Shown one piece after another: positions 12,342 to 23,730 of a DNA stretch of 64,000 bases. The notes under the pieces were generated by a model. That model saw only the letters and a program-made list of their open reading frames with translations. It was not told where the DNA came from and did no database searches. This DNA comes from Octopus vulgaris (taxonomy: Eukaryota): positions 88,536,001-88,600,000 of the forward strand of contig OX597823.1 in the NCBI GenBank assembly GCA_951406725.2, read 5' to 3'. Positions within the stretch are counted from its first letter, which is position 1, and each line of letters begins with the position of its first letter. A program made the translations under genes and the position numbers.

Positions 12342-13587
12342 CGAGAGGCGTTCAATAAGTAATGCCCCTGACCCACTTCCCATAGCAGTAGAGCAACGAA
12401 ACTTTGCACAGTTATTAGTCTTTCTCTACGTAGGAACCACCCAGAGTTACGCATTTCTCCCATCGTTTGATGCAGCTCTGGAGACCAGAAATCAAGGCTG
12501 CATCATTTGGGAAACGCTTTCCTTTCAAAAACAACTTCATGGCTGGGAAGAGGTGAAAATCAGAGGGTGCAAGGTCAAGAGAGTAGGGGGGATGGGGGAG
12601 GAGTTCATAACCGCACGCCTGTGCTTCTGATCTGGCGACAAGCGAGTTGTGGACCGGAGCGTTGTCCTGCAGGAGGAGGATGTCTTTGCTGATCTTGCCC
12701 CGCCTCTTGATTTTGATAGTTTCTCTTAATTTCCTCAAAAGTGAAGCATAATAGGCTCCTGTAATTGTGGTACCCTTTGCCAGGAAATCTGTTATCAATA
12801 CTCCGTCCTGGTCCCAGAAGACTGTGAGCATGACCTTGCCAGCGGAGGGCTGCACCCTTGCCTTCTTTGGAGGAGGTGAGTCACGGTGCTTCCACTGCAT
12901 TGACTGGGCTTTGGTCTCTGGATCATAGTGATGGACCCAGGTTTCATCCTGTGTAATCAGTCTTTTGAAAAATTTTGATTCATCTTCATGGCACATCTCC
13001 AAGTTCATCCTCGAGCACTGGACGCGTTCTTGCTTCTGGAAAGGTGTGAGCAGCCTGGGAATCCATCTGGCAGACACCTTTTGCATATGCAAATGTTCAT
13101 GAATGATAGTTTCCACAGACCCGGTACTAATCTTGACCTCGTGGGCTATTTGGCGAATAGTTATGCGTCGATCTTCCAAAATGGCAGCCTCAACTCAACG
13201 GACAGATGTCTCATCAATTGCAGAAGGGGGTCGACCAGATCTGGGAGCTGTTTCCACCGAGTTCCGACCATATTTGAATTCACGATGCCAGCGTTTTACA
13301 AGGTCATATGATGGGGCATCATTACCATAAGTTACTTTCATTTTATCATAAGTCTCCCGTGGTGTGCGTCCTTTCAAATACAAAAACCAGATCACTGCTC
13401 GACACTCAACAGGCTCCATTTCACACTTGACTCAGTTCAAACACCTGTAAATCAGAAATCCCCAATTAGTTCAGAGCTGTAATTTGCCACCTACTCTATA
13501 GAGATATCAATAATAGCACTCGCAAAATTTCAGCTAGATCAAACAACTGCAAGTGGGTCAGGGGCATTACTTATTGAACGCCCCACG
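12342..13587 (-). mobile_element. Mariner (Tc1/mariner DD34D) DNA transposon, near full length, irritans-like
   Basis: 37-bp TIRs at 12342-12378 and 13551-13587 (2 mismatches). TA duplication at 12340-41 and 13588-89. 1246 bp with internal transposase. Confidence 0.97.
12415..13419 (-). pseudogene. Mariner transposase pseudogene
   Basis: ORFs 13195-13419 and 12415-13179 are in the same frame, separated by one TGA (13195-13197). N-terminal HTH with RSGRP, WIPRLL (WVPxxL), ITQDETWV, LQDNAPVH, YSLDLAPSD (YSPDL with P>L). Exactly 34 residues separate the 2nd and 3rd catalytic D. Confidence 0.95.
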
Positions 13588-14328
13588 TAGATAGATGGAA
13601 AGAAACAAACATAGATATGACATCAAACATAGATATGACATAAGAATGACATCTTGCGCGTTTGTGTATTTATATTTTAAAGCGAAATTTGATCTAGCTA
13701 TAATGGCCTCAATATTTTGCACGTGGTTACCCTTAAGAAAGAAACAGTCTTACTATATAAGCAAATGAAGGACTCACTTATTGAGCTTGCAAGGCGAATC
13801 TATGAGATATATGTATGGCGAGTGATAACATTACAGATATATGTCCTAATATAATACAAGATATTTTTACCATTTCCGTTAATACATTTCGCCAAGACCT
13901 GTTAATAGTTATTTAGAAATAAGGTTTATCCCTCCGTTGAAAATGGAAGATACGTCTTTTTATTCATAATTATGCATTTCGGGCACTAAAATCGATATTA
14001 ATTGAATTATAATCGAAATGTGAATTTAATAAGCTGGGTTTATGGACAACTTGTATGCATGCATAAAATGAGTCATTGGCCTGTTGAAACCTTAGCAAGT
14101 CAGATAGAGAGGAATATGTGAGCTTCCCTTTGATTAATGAAACCTTCGACGTAAATAAGGCGGAAAAGTGTTGTTACATGCGCATGCAACACATCAATCA
14201 GATCTTCTATTGAAGAGAGACATCAGATTCATAGCAGAACAGATATAAAAGGAATTCATGTTGATCCCTTAAATAGTATGTTATACAGATACGTTACGAA
14301 AGTATTTGGAATCCCTTATCTTTTGTAG

Positions 14329-14563
14329 TTTTACTCGTTTTATCCCTTGCACTTTGGTTATTCTCGGTCGCTGCCTTGTAGTGTTTATTCGAACAAATCG
14401 ATACCAGTAATTATTTATAATATGGAAACTGATATTTATTCTATCAAGCGGTTTACCAAACCGCTAGGTTGCAGACTAGGAAATGTAAAAACGATACCAA
14501 CTCTCGAATGGTGGAACTGACAACGAAAATCACGCACACACACACACACAAAAATAATCACAC

Positions 14564-14632
<69 letters not shown>

Positions 14633-14782
14633 GACGGACTTCTACACAATTTCCGTCAATCACAGTCACTCATAGCACATTGGTTGACCAGGGCTAGAGT
14701 AAAAGGCATTTACCCAAGGTGCCACAAAGTGGGACTGAACCACGTGGTTAAGTGAGCTTCTTAACCAAACAATCACACCTGC
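14329..14782 (-). mobile_element. Degenerate SINE family A
   Basis: cccaaggtgccacaaagtgggactgaacc and gacggacttctacacaatttccgtc flank an internal (TA)n tract. Confidence 0.8.
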
Positions 14783-15171
14783 TTCATTATCCGAATATTT
14801 TAAACTAGCAATCAATACCAAGTTTGAAAATTCATCACATAATAATCCCAACGTGTCTTTATTATTGGTTTCATTTGTCTTGGCACCGAAACAAAACGGC
14901 TTTTGTTTCAGTATTTGTTTAATAATGGTAGTTTCTATATACTTGTCTATTCAGAAATCTGGTTATCCATGATAGCTCCGAGCCAGCTACCATTGTTTGG
15001 GCGCTGTATTAACTAACTTATTGCATGGAGATATTTCTAAGAAACATTGAGTTGAGTGGCGCCGATAAATATCATTAATTAGTTTCACTATAACTTCGTG
15101 TTGACAGTGTATTTATGTAGCAAATGTATGAATTACATTATTTCGAATGTTTCAGCATTCTTTACGCTTTA

Positions 15172-15375
15172 CTCTCTATTCTTTACTTGTTTCAGTCATT
15201 TGACTGCAGCCATGCTGGAGTACCGCCTTTAGTCGAGCAAATCGACCCCAAGATTTATTCTTTGTAAGCCTAGCACTTATTCTATCGAACCTCTTTTGCT
15301 GAACCACTAAGTTACGGGGACGTAAACACACCACCATCGTTTGTGAAGAGATGGTGGGGCGACAAACACGGACAC

Positions 15376-15415
<40 letters not shown>

Positions 15416-15578
15416 GACGGGCTTCCTTCAGTTTCCGTCTACCAAATCCACTCACTAGGCTTTGGTCCGCCTGAGGCTACAGTAGAAGACACTTGCCCAA
15501 GTTGCCACGCAGTGGGAGTGAACCTGGAACCATGTGGTTGGTAAGCAAGTTACTTACCACGCAGCCACTCCTGCGCCT
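15172..15578 (-). mobile_element. Full-length SINE family A
   Basis: Minus strand aggcgcaggagtggctgcgtggtaag (A-box-like)..ggttcactccc (B-box-like)..(TA)n..ggcggtactccagcatggctgcagtcaaatgactgaaacaagtaaag. Highly similar to 27965-28364. Confidence 0.93.
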
Positions 15579-16216
15579 TTGGATATAACCAACGCCACAG
15601 TTTTAAACCGCTGCTGTTTTAAAAGCGGTCAATAGAAATATAGTACATAGGGTGGAAGCTAACATAATAGATTTTTAAATTAATGCTCTTTTATAAATAT
15701 TACGTTATAAAAATAACGCAAGCCACTAACTACAGTGGCAGATAGAAGAACTACGTCTGCTTGCGGCGTTTAAGATATCACAAACTCTAGATGTTGCTTC
15801 CCTTGATCGTTCAGCCAAAGAGTAATGTTACCTAATCCTTGATACATTTTCCTTGATCACGACAATTAACGATTCAGTGATAATACCCATTTCGAAGTTA
15901 TGCGCAATAATTAAAGCTATAATTTTAACGTTGTAATAGTTTCCGATGTCTACTCTTGACTCACGAAGGAAAATTTTGTTCAATACCCATTTACAGCAAG
16001 GCACAATAAAACAGGCAAATTTCAAATTCTTTGTTCTTCGACACAGCACGATGCATTAGTTAACCATTCTTAGCATTCTTAGACAAAACAACGCTGGTGT
16101 GTCTCAGACTTTTACCAACAATTACATTTATTCTTATATGGAAAATTTTCCTGCAGCTTATATCCATACATGTAAGATTTAATCTTGAGCAGGTATATGC
16201 ATATCGTTTCCCAACC

Positions 16217-16250
<34 letters not shown>

Positions 16251-16634
16251 TGATGATGATGATGACGATGACGATGACGATGATAATAATAATAATAATG
16301 ACATTATTGTATACAGTGCTCCGGTGCACCACAACTTGTCAAAAGTGCGTATAAAGCATATGCAGTAATGTACAAATGTCTGGGAAGTTAACAGTTTATG
16401 AGTCAGATACATGCTTGCGTGTGTATGGAGGGGAGAAAATCAGGTATAGTGTTGGCGAATCTCAGGAAGCATGGAAGTTTTGAAGGATGCAGTGCTACAA
16501 CAACTAACAACTGATGCCAGCAGTTTGTTCTATGCTTCAGCAACTCTTAGCGTGAAAAAATGTTTCCGAAAGTCATGGGAGCTGTGTTGTTATCTGATTT
16601 TGTAAACATGTCCACGGGCGTCAGACAGATGGAG
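16217..16634 (-). mobile_element. CR1-clade LINE 3' fragment with (ATT/ATC)n tail
   Basis: Minus-strand translation ARGHVYKIR*QHSSHDFRKHFFTLRVAEA*NKLLASVVSCCSTASFK matches the CR1 ORF2 C-terminus (TRGH..K..RxxFFxxRV...WNxLP..VV). Trinucleotide tail at 16217-16299. Confidence 0.85.
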
Positions 16635-17215
16635 TTTGAAAACGTACACAGGTTGCTCTTATTTTGCATTGTATCGCATTTAAAAGAAGGATAAATTTAT
16701 AATGTAGTTTAAGATTAAGTGAATCTAAACAGACTGGGTAGGACGGTATGGTCCAGTAAAGAATGTTATTTCATATGGGTCCGCTTGAAAAGAGGTGACC
16801 TAGAATCATACAAAAACAACATGAGTCATTTATTATGTATTGATGTTTAGCTTCAGGTAGAAAGAGATTAAACATAGTATTATCCGAAATATTTCAGTCA
16901 TAACCACTAACAATTTATTGAGGAAAAATCTGAGACAATGTTTAAATAGATTTAGTAAACCTGATCGAATTTTATATTACGGATTATTGCTTTCTAGGTT
17001 GTGATTGTGCTGAGCTCAAATTTGTTCTTCCCGATTTCCGTATCGATAAGTAATGGACTCATTTGGAACAGCTGACTAAAATAATTATTAATCTGTCGGA
17101 CTCTATGTCTTGTGTTATTTGATCCGAATATTTGTATTTTGAGTCAACATTCTGCAGTGATATACGCAAAGCATTCGAATCAGAATATGTACGCACTTCA
17201 GATAAAAACAATATC

Positions 17216-17460
17216 TTTCTTTATTGGTCACACAGGGCTGAACACAGAGGAGACAAATACAAATGTAGAGCTTTTCTTTTCGAAGATGGAAAAAGAAAAA
17301 GAAAAAAAAGGAAACAAATATAAAATTTCGATCAAAAGGGATCGGGGGAAAAAAGCGATCAAAAGGGATCGTGTATCACAGAAGAATTTTTTTAAAGTAA
17401 CAAACAAGATTAGGTTCATCCGTGGAAAGAAAAGCCTACAGAAAAGACCACGGTAACCTC
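17216..17460 (-). mobile_element. Retroposon 3'-end fragment sharing the SINE-B tail
   Basis: tttctttattggtcacacagggctgaacacagaggagacaaa resembles the SINE-B tail at 32282 (tttctttactgcccagagggggctaaacatagaggagacaaa). The upstream sequence is unrelated to SINE B. Confidence 0.5.
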
Positions 17461-18118
17461 AAGCAGGGAGGAAATAAACACAAAAGCAAAACAACCTGAT
17501 GATGATGCGAAATATATTATTCAAAGTACGATTTCTGGTTTAAGTCAGTGAATATTCAGCGATTATAAATAGCAGGTCAAAATAACACGTCCAGTATCCT
17601 CCATTGGCCTGATATACAAACATGGAAATATACGGGTGTCCATGAATTGGAATGTGTGTTTATGTGCGTAAATATATCAAATCGACTAGATGAACACAAA
17701 CCCATTAATGATTAATGCATCTTTAAGATTGGTTTTTCATGTAATGGTAAGACTAACAAAGCTCTTCTGCCTGTTTGCTAGGTCGTAAAAGCACTGACTA
17801 CAATGGGACGTATGAGTAATTAAAGCCGCAACGATTTATAGGATTCCATTATTGTCTAGCTGCCAATTAATTATTCGACTATAAGATGGGTTGGAATCAA
17901 AAACAACAACTGGCCACCAATGCATAAATAACTATTGAAATGAATAGAATGATTTGTCAATAGGAAGCGGAAATGTACCTTATGAATAGAAGTTTATAGT
18001 ATAATCTGACACAAATATGCAAAGAGGCAGACAGGCAGAGAAACACACACACACACACTCACACACAGATATGCAAACATTCACAATCCAAATACTTGAA
18101 AAGCCAATTATAAATAAA

Positions 18119-18144
18119 TATGTGTGTGTGCATATGTATGTATG

Positions 18145-18234
<90 letters not shown>

Positions 18235-18345
18235 TGTGTGTGTCTGTGTGTGTCTGTGTCTGTGTGTGTCTGTGTCTGTGTGTGTGTATTACATAGGTAT
18301 GTATGTATGCATAATATAGAGAGATACAGTGAGACACAGAGAGTG

Positions 18346-18384
<39 letters not shown>

Positions 18385-18416
18385 GGTGATATTGTGATAG
18401 CGTACGCATATATACA

Positions 18417-18467
<51 letters not shown>

Positions 18468-18470
18468 TTG
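18119..18470. repeat. Compound TA/TG/TCTG/GA microsatellites
   Basis: Direct observation. Confidence 0.95.
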
Positions 18471-19597
18471 TGCGTGAATACGTGAGCGTGTGTATATGTA
18501 TGTGTGTAGGTGAATATGTATGCGTGTAGGTGAATGTGTAAACGTTTGCCAAATTTTGAGCTAGAGTGAACTCAAGCACTTGGAGAGAATACTGCTGGAT
18601 ATTGATATATAGTAAATGAAGCGTTAATTATTCAAAGATAAGAAAGTGAACGACGTTAAAAGATTATCGAAATAAATATGGAAGATATATCTTGACCAGG
18701 AGATGAAAAGGAGCCATGAGTTTTCAGTAGGGAGCATTTAATTGCAACACTTGAACATTTCTCATTGGATATTCATTTCATTTTAGAATTTTCGATTACT
18801 TTGTGAATACTTAGAAGGATACAGCTTCAAGAACTGCATTATATATACACGGTGAAAGTCATTTGCACGCGTAAATATACAAGATTCCAGTCTCTCTCAG
18901 TTCAGAGACTGGCTTTTCTTTCTTTCCTAAGCGAAAACACATTTGACAATGTAGATAATAAAACACCAGAACAAGAATTAGCCACGAGTGAAATGCGTTT
19001 GAACATGAGAATACTAAATCGGTAGTGACCTGAAACTAACCGATACTAAATGCATACAATTATATGCACAGATACACCGTACCTGTATTATATACACCGG
19101 CATATATGTGCATGTACCCGTGTGTCCCTGGTATTGTGTGTGTGTTTCTGTGTTGTGTGTGTCAGTGTATGTACGAACGTACAAATTAAACAGGAGACAA
19201 CTACTCTTTCAAAACGTTCCTATTAGAAATACGACTACGTTCAAGTTTGAGTTCCTTTTTTTTAAAGATTTGTCATATTTGCTCACCAGCCCTGCGCGTC
19301 TTCTACAAAAACTAACGTTTTTAATCCATCAATGTGACATTTTGCAACTTTCGGCATAAAATCACAATCGCGTGATGCACGCGCTTTCTGCGTGAACAAG
19401 CAAAGGATCTTTGAGAAAAATTCATGACGGATGAATTCATCAACGCTGGTTACAGAAGGCAATATAGACATGACGAAACCACATAGCTATATATACGATC
19501 CAGATCTGAACGACTCATGTGCAAGCTCTTAGCACAGTTGTATCATATAAGTATGATTGTGCAAGTTATTCTGTACAAATACCTGTACTTTTAAAAA

Positions 19598-20024
19598 ACA
19601 GATGAAATACAGATGAAATACTGATGGAATACAGATGAATTACTGATGACACACAGATGAAATACAGATGAAATACTGATGAAATACAGCTGAAATACAG
19701 ATGAAAAACAGATGAAATACTGATGAAATACTGATGAAATACAGATGAATTACTGATGAAATACAGATGAAATACTGATGAAATACTGATGAAATACAGC
19801 TGAAATACAGATGAAAAACAGCTGAAATACAGATGAAAAACTGATGAAATACTGATGAAAAACTGATGAAATACAGATGAAATACTGATGAAATACAGAT
19901 GAAATACTGATGAAATACAGAGGAAATACAGATGAAATACTGATGAAATACAGTTGAAATACTGATGAAATGCAGCTAAAATACTGATGAAATACAGATG
20001 AAAAACAGATGAAATACAGATGAA
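19598..20024. repeat. 11-bp minisatellite (GATGAAATACW)n
   Basis: About 38 units of gatgaaataca/gatgaaatact with variants gctgaaataca and gatgaaaaaca. Confidence 0.95.
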
Positions 20025-20674
20025 GATATGATCTCACGATTGTCGCAGCACTACTTCGTAACATGAATGTGCTGTACACTGAAGACATCTTCAGCTTTCT
20101 GAGATGTTAATAAAAGCCAGTTTAGCGAGATCATATTCCTCCGTGTGTAAGTTCATTTGCTTATATAGTAATTGGCGCTATGGTTGCAGATCAGGTCACT
20201 GTTTTCTATAGCCTTAGCCGTCTGGTCGTTAAAACCTCTATCTGTACTGATGATTGTTCTACGTAAAATAATTTATTCATAGCTAGTCTAATGATTATCA
20301 GCGCTATGCATGTTGCAATTACTACTTCCACGACAACAACAGCCAGAAAGCCTATGATTATTTGTAACTTCTACTGCATTGATCAGTACGATTCGACCTG
20401 TAATTGTGTCTCTGGGTCATACTACTATGAGCTTATACTACATGCCAGACAGCCAATACAAACGATTTCAGTTGGTGAATTCTTCCACAATATGCTTTCT
20501 TAATAGCAACACTGATAAACATTTCATCAGTGTGAGGCAATAATTGTTTAGAAATGTGATGACGTAGCACTTAGCGAATAGCTAGCGGTACGCTTCACTT
20601 AAATAAACATCATTACATATATTAAGTAATGTCTAGTCTATGTTGGTAAGTTCATACATAGATACATACGTATA

Positions 20675-20910
20675 CAGTTATCCCTCGCCATATCGCGGAT
20701 CACCTATCGCGGTTCACCTATTGCGGTTTATTATTTAAGCTTATGTCGATTCCTCCGTGTTGGTGTTTTCCATTTGTAATAAAGTAAATATATATAAATT
20801 ATAAAAATAATAAAAAAAGACAAGTATACAGCACAGTACTGTTTCAACTGATTTTCACCTATCGCGGGGAGTTTTGGAACATAACACCCACGATAGTCGA
20901 GGGATTACTG
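20675..20910. mobile_element. pogo/Tigger-type MITE
   Basis: Imperfect TIRs cagttatccctcgccatatcgcgg / revcomp cagtaatccctcgactatcgtggg. TA at 20673-74 and 20911-12. Repeated subterminal cacctatcgcgg. 236 bp, non-coding. Confidence 0.85.
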
Positions 20911-21145
20911 TACATACACATACAAATGTGTGTGGATGTGGGGGGGTGTTCGTGTGTGAGTTCTTGTGTGTGTATGTGTGTGTGTAGTAATATATAAGCA
21001 AGTACACACATCGAAACAGATAAGAACGTATTATATATTGAGTATATCGACTTATACACCGAACAGATATATATAGACACAAGCACACTATTTCACTCAT
21101 ACACACGCACTCACACATGCACACGCAGATATACACACACATATA

Positions 21146-21348
21146 AAGGGAAAGTTTACGAAAATAAACAAAAGACGAAGGCAGGTGGAGTACAAACAAA
21201 TAAACGTATTAGTATAGCGCTCAGGGATAGAAATAGAAAAAGTCTTTTACGCTTCGAGCCTACGCTCTTCGACAGAAAGATACACAGAAAAAAACAAAGA
21301 GAGAAAAAAAAGAAAATAAATATGCGTGTAGAAGCTAACGATCTATCA
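21146..21348 (-). mobile_element. Dispersed repeat (probable Penelope-like pLTR) with hammerhead-like motif
   Basis: Inverted homolog of 40944-41122. Minus 21280-21243 reads TCTTT CTGTCGA A GAGC GTAG GCTC GAAG CG TA AAAGA. Confidence 0.65.
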
Positions 21349-22027
21349 TATACATATATACACATATTTTATACGTATATGGGCATAGGCATATACATAC
21401 ATTTATATACTTATAAACTAGAGTATATATGTGAATATGTATGTATAATTTTACCCAATTAAACTTTATTTCAACTTTTCTCTTTTTAAAATTTCTCCAC
21501 AAATGATATGAATTCCATAAGATTACCAAAAATGTGTAAATAATCGTAAATAATCTACGTGCAACAAATTATATACATCAGCGTATGTGATGCTGATACA
21601 GCCTTTGAACAAAAATAACTCAGAAATTTCAGTTTTCTACTCATAACTTTATCTTATTTATTCAGATAACTTCTATGCATTCATTTAAATAACAGGAAAA
21701 TCGTTTAAAAAGCGTAAAAAGACTGCTTTAGCAGTTTCCGTATGTTAAACCCTGCAAACCGAATTCACTATCGTCGCATTTATATCTGATGTAATTTAAA
21801 CAAAGACAGTACAAGTATTATTATACAGGAACCGAACTTGGCACAAAAGTACTCCAAAAAGTAAGAGTGTTGACAATAACAGTACGTGGTTTAGTGCATC
21901 GCACCAAATTTGAATTATGCCTACAAAAAATACGTACGTATGCACACGCACGCATGTGTATATTTATGGTCGCTTTTATGTCAACTTATATATAAAATCG
22001 ATTTACCATTAATGTGGATCACTCAGT

Positions 22028-22074
22028 ACTGTCTGATGAAGGCAAGAAAGCCGAAACTTCGGAGTCTTTACAGT
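22028..22074 (+). ncRNA. Candidate minimal type I hammerhead ribozyme
   Basis: ACTGT CTGATGA A GGC AAGAAA GCC GAA ACT TCGG AGT C TTT ACAGT. Canonical core, stem II, stem III and GUC site; stem I is offset by UUU. Confidence 0.6.
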
Positions 22075-22237
22075 TTCTTTCTCTCTCCTTTTTTTCACTT
22101 TTTCTTTCTTCCTCTCTCTTTTTTTCTCTCCCTCTCTCTCTATGTATTTATCTGTCCTGTTAGTCTATTTGTCTATCTGTCTACTTATCTCTCCATCTTA
22201 TACATTGTGCGTATTTATATATATATGTATGTGCATG

Positions 22238-22533
22238 ACAAGATACTGTGATAGCCTGGGCTTCCGAGGCCCACAGCTCTTCAATATTCTCCCGAAGAAC
22301 CTAAGAGACCTGCTTGGGGTGGATGCAGATGTCTTTAAAATGAAACTAGATCTCTTCTTGTCAGGTGTCCCAGATGAACCAATTTCACAGCAGGAGGTGC
22401 AGATGCATCGAACTCTCTCATGCACCAGATGGCATTTGCTAAAAAGCATTCGTGAAGTAAAACCATGTAGCAACAGCAAATGGCGGTGCCCCAGCATGGC
22501 CACAGCTTGTGAGCTGAAACTAAATAAAATAAG

Positions 22534-22538
<5 letters not shown>
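22238..22538 (+). mobile_element. CR1-group LINE 3' end (ORF2 C-terminus plus 3' UTR)
   Basis: [48 protein letters not shown] is a typical CR1/L2-group RT C-terminus. Ends in a stem-loop tail and A-rich repeat. Confidence 0.85.
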
Positions 22539-22580
<42 letters not shown>

Positions 22581-22627
22581 ACACATATATATATATATAT
22601 GTATGTATACACATATATATATGCATG

Positions 22628-22673
<46 letters not shown>
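22537..22673. repeat. (TA)n microsatellite, interrupted
   Basis: Direct observation. Confidence 0.95.
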
Positions 22674-22675
<2 letters not shown>

Positions 22676-23299
22676 AACACGCATATATGCGTGTGTGTAT
22701 GTGGGGTGATGTATTTATTGATTTCTTATTTATTTTTCCCATAAATGTTAGACTGATAGTGAAATATTTCCTAAATAGAAGAAACGTTAAGAACATTTAC
22801 GCACCAACTTTTATACCAAGTTATATATGAACTGAACCATTTGTTCTCGACTTTACCATTAGAAATCATACCATTTGCGTAAAAAAAGATTAAATTCATT
22901 CCTAAATGGAAATATCAACCTTAAGCTCAAAATCTGAAGATTACTAGTATTATCCTTCAAGAATTGGAAAAGATATTGTGTTGTTGATGTTTAACCATAA
23001 TTCAAGCAGATCAGTAATGAAATTATTGATCATTGCAAGCGCAACCATTATATCATTTTGCGATTACTATTTAGATTTTAAAGCTAGAAAAGATTTGCTT
23101 GCTATATACTATAAGTTGAGTGATCACGTGGAGACCCTTCGCTGGATTGTAAGCAACATATTTTAATAGTTGTAGCAAAATATTTTGAAACGTGCTCTAT
23201 GACGGAATGAAGATACTACTTTTGCCTAATTTTGAGTTTACACTATTGACTTCAATAATTACGCTTTTTTATAAAAGATTAGAATTACGCATTAATTAT

Positions 23300-23730
23300 A
23301 GGCGCAGGCGTGGCTATGTGGTTAGAAGCTTGTTTCCAATGACAGGATTCCGAGCTCAGTCCAACTGCATGGCATTTTCGGTACTCGGGTTGACCAAATC
23401 CTTTTGAGTGGATTTGGTACATGGAAACTGAAGGAAACCTGTCCTGTATATACATATGTGTGTGTATGTGTGTCTGTGTATGTGAGCGTGTGTGAATGTG
23501 TGTTCGCTCCTCACCGTTTAACAGCAGGTGTTTATTCCACCCGTTAGCAATAGCAATATTTGCTTTTTTTAGGTGTCCATAACTTAGCGCTTCGGTAATA
23601 GGGACGGTTTTGAATAATTACCACAATTAAATGATAAGCACTGGGCTTGATTCTTTCTACAGAAGTCGTCTAAGTAGCGCCCCAGCATGGCTAGTCACCA
23701 AAAGTCAAAACTAGTAAAAGATAAAAGAAA
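23300..23730 (+). mobile_element. Degenerate SINE family A
   Basis: aggcgcaggcgtggctatgtggtt..gagtggatttggtacatggaaactgaagg..gcgccccagcatggc..agtaaaaga. Confidence 0.85.

Noticed and set aside
12507-13330. Plus-strand ORFs inside the mariner
   Set aside because: Antisense shadows of the transposase frame.
17490-17525. CTGATGA..GAAA motif
   Set aside because: No stem II or stem I pairing; part of a (GAT)n run.
19598-20024. Many CTGATGA and GAAA words suggesting a hammerhead array or CRISPR
   Set aside because: Pure 11-bp tandem repeat with no stems and no unique spacers.
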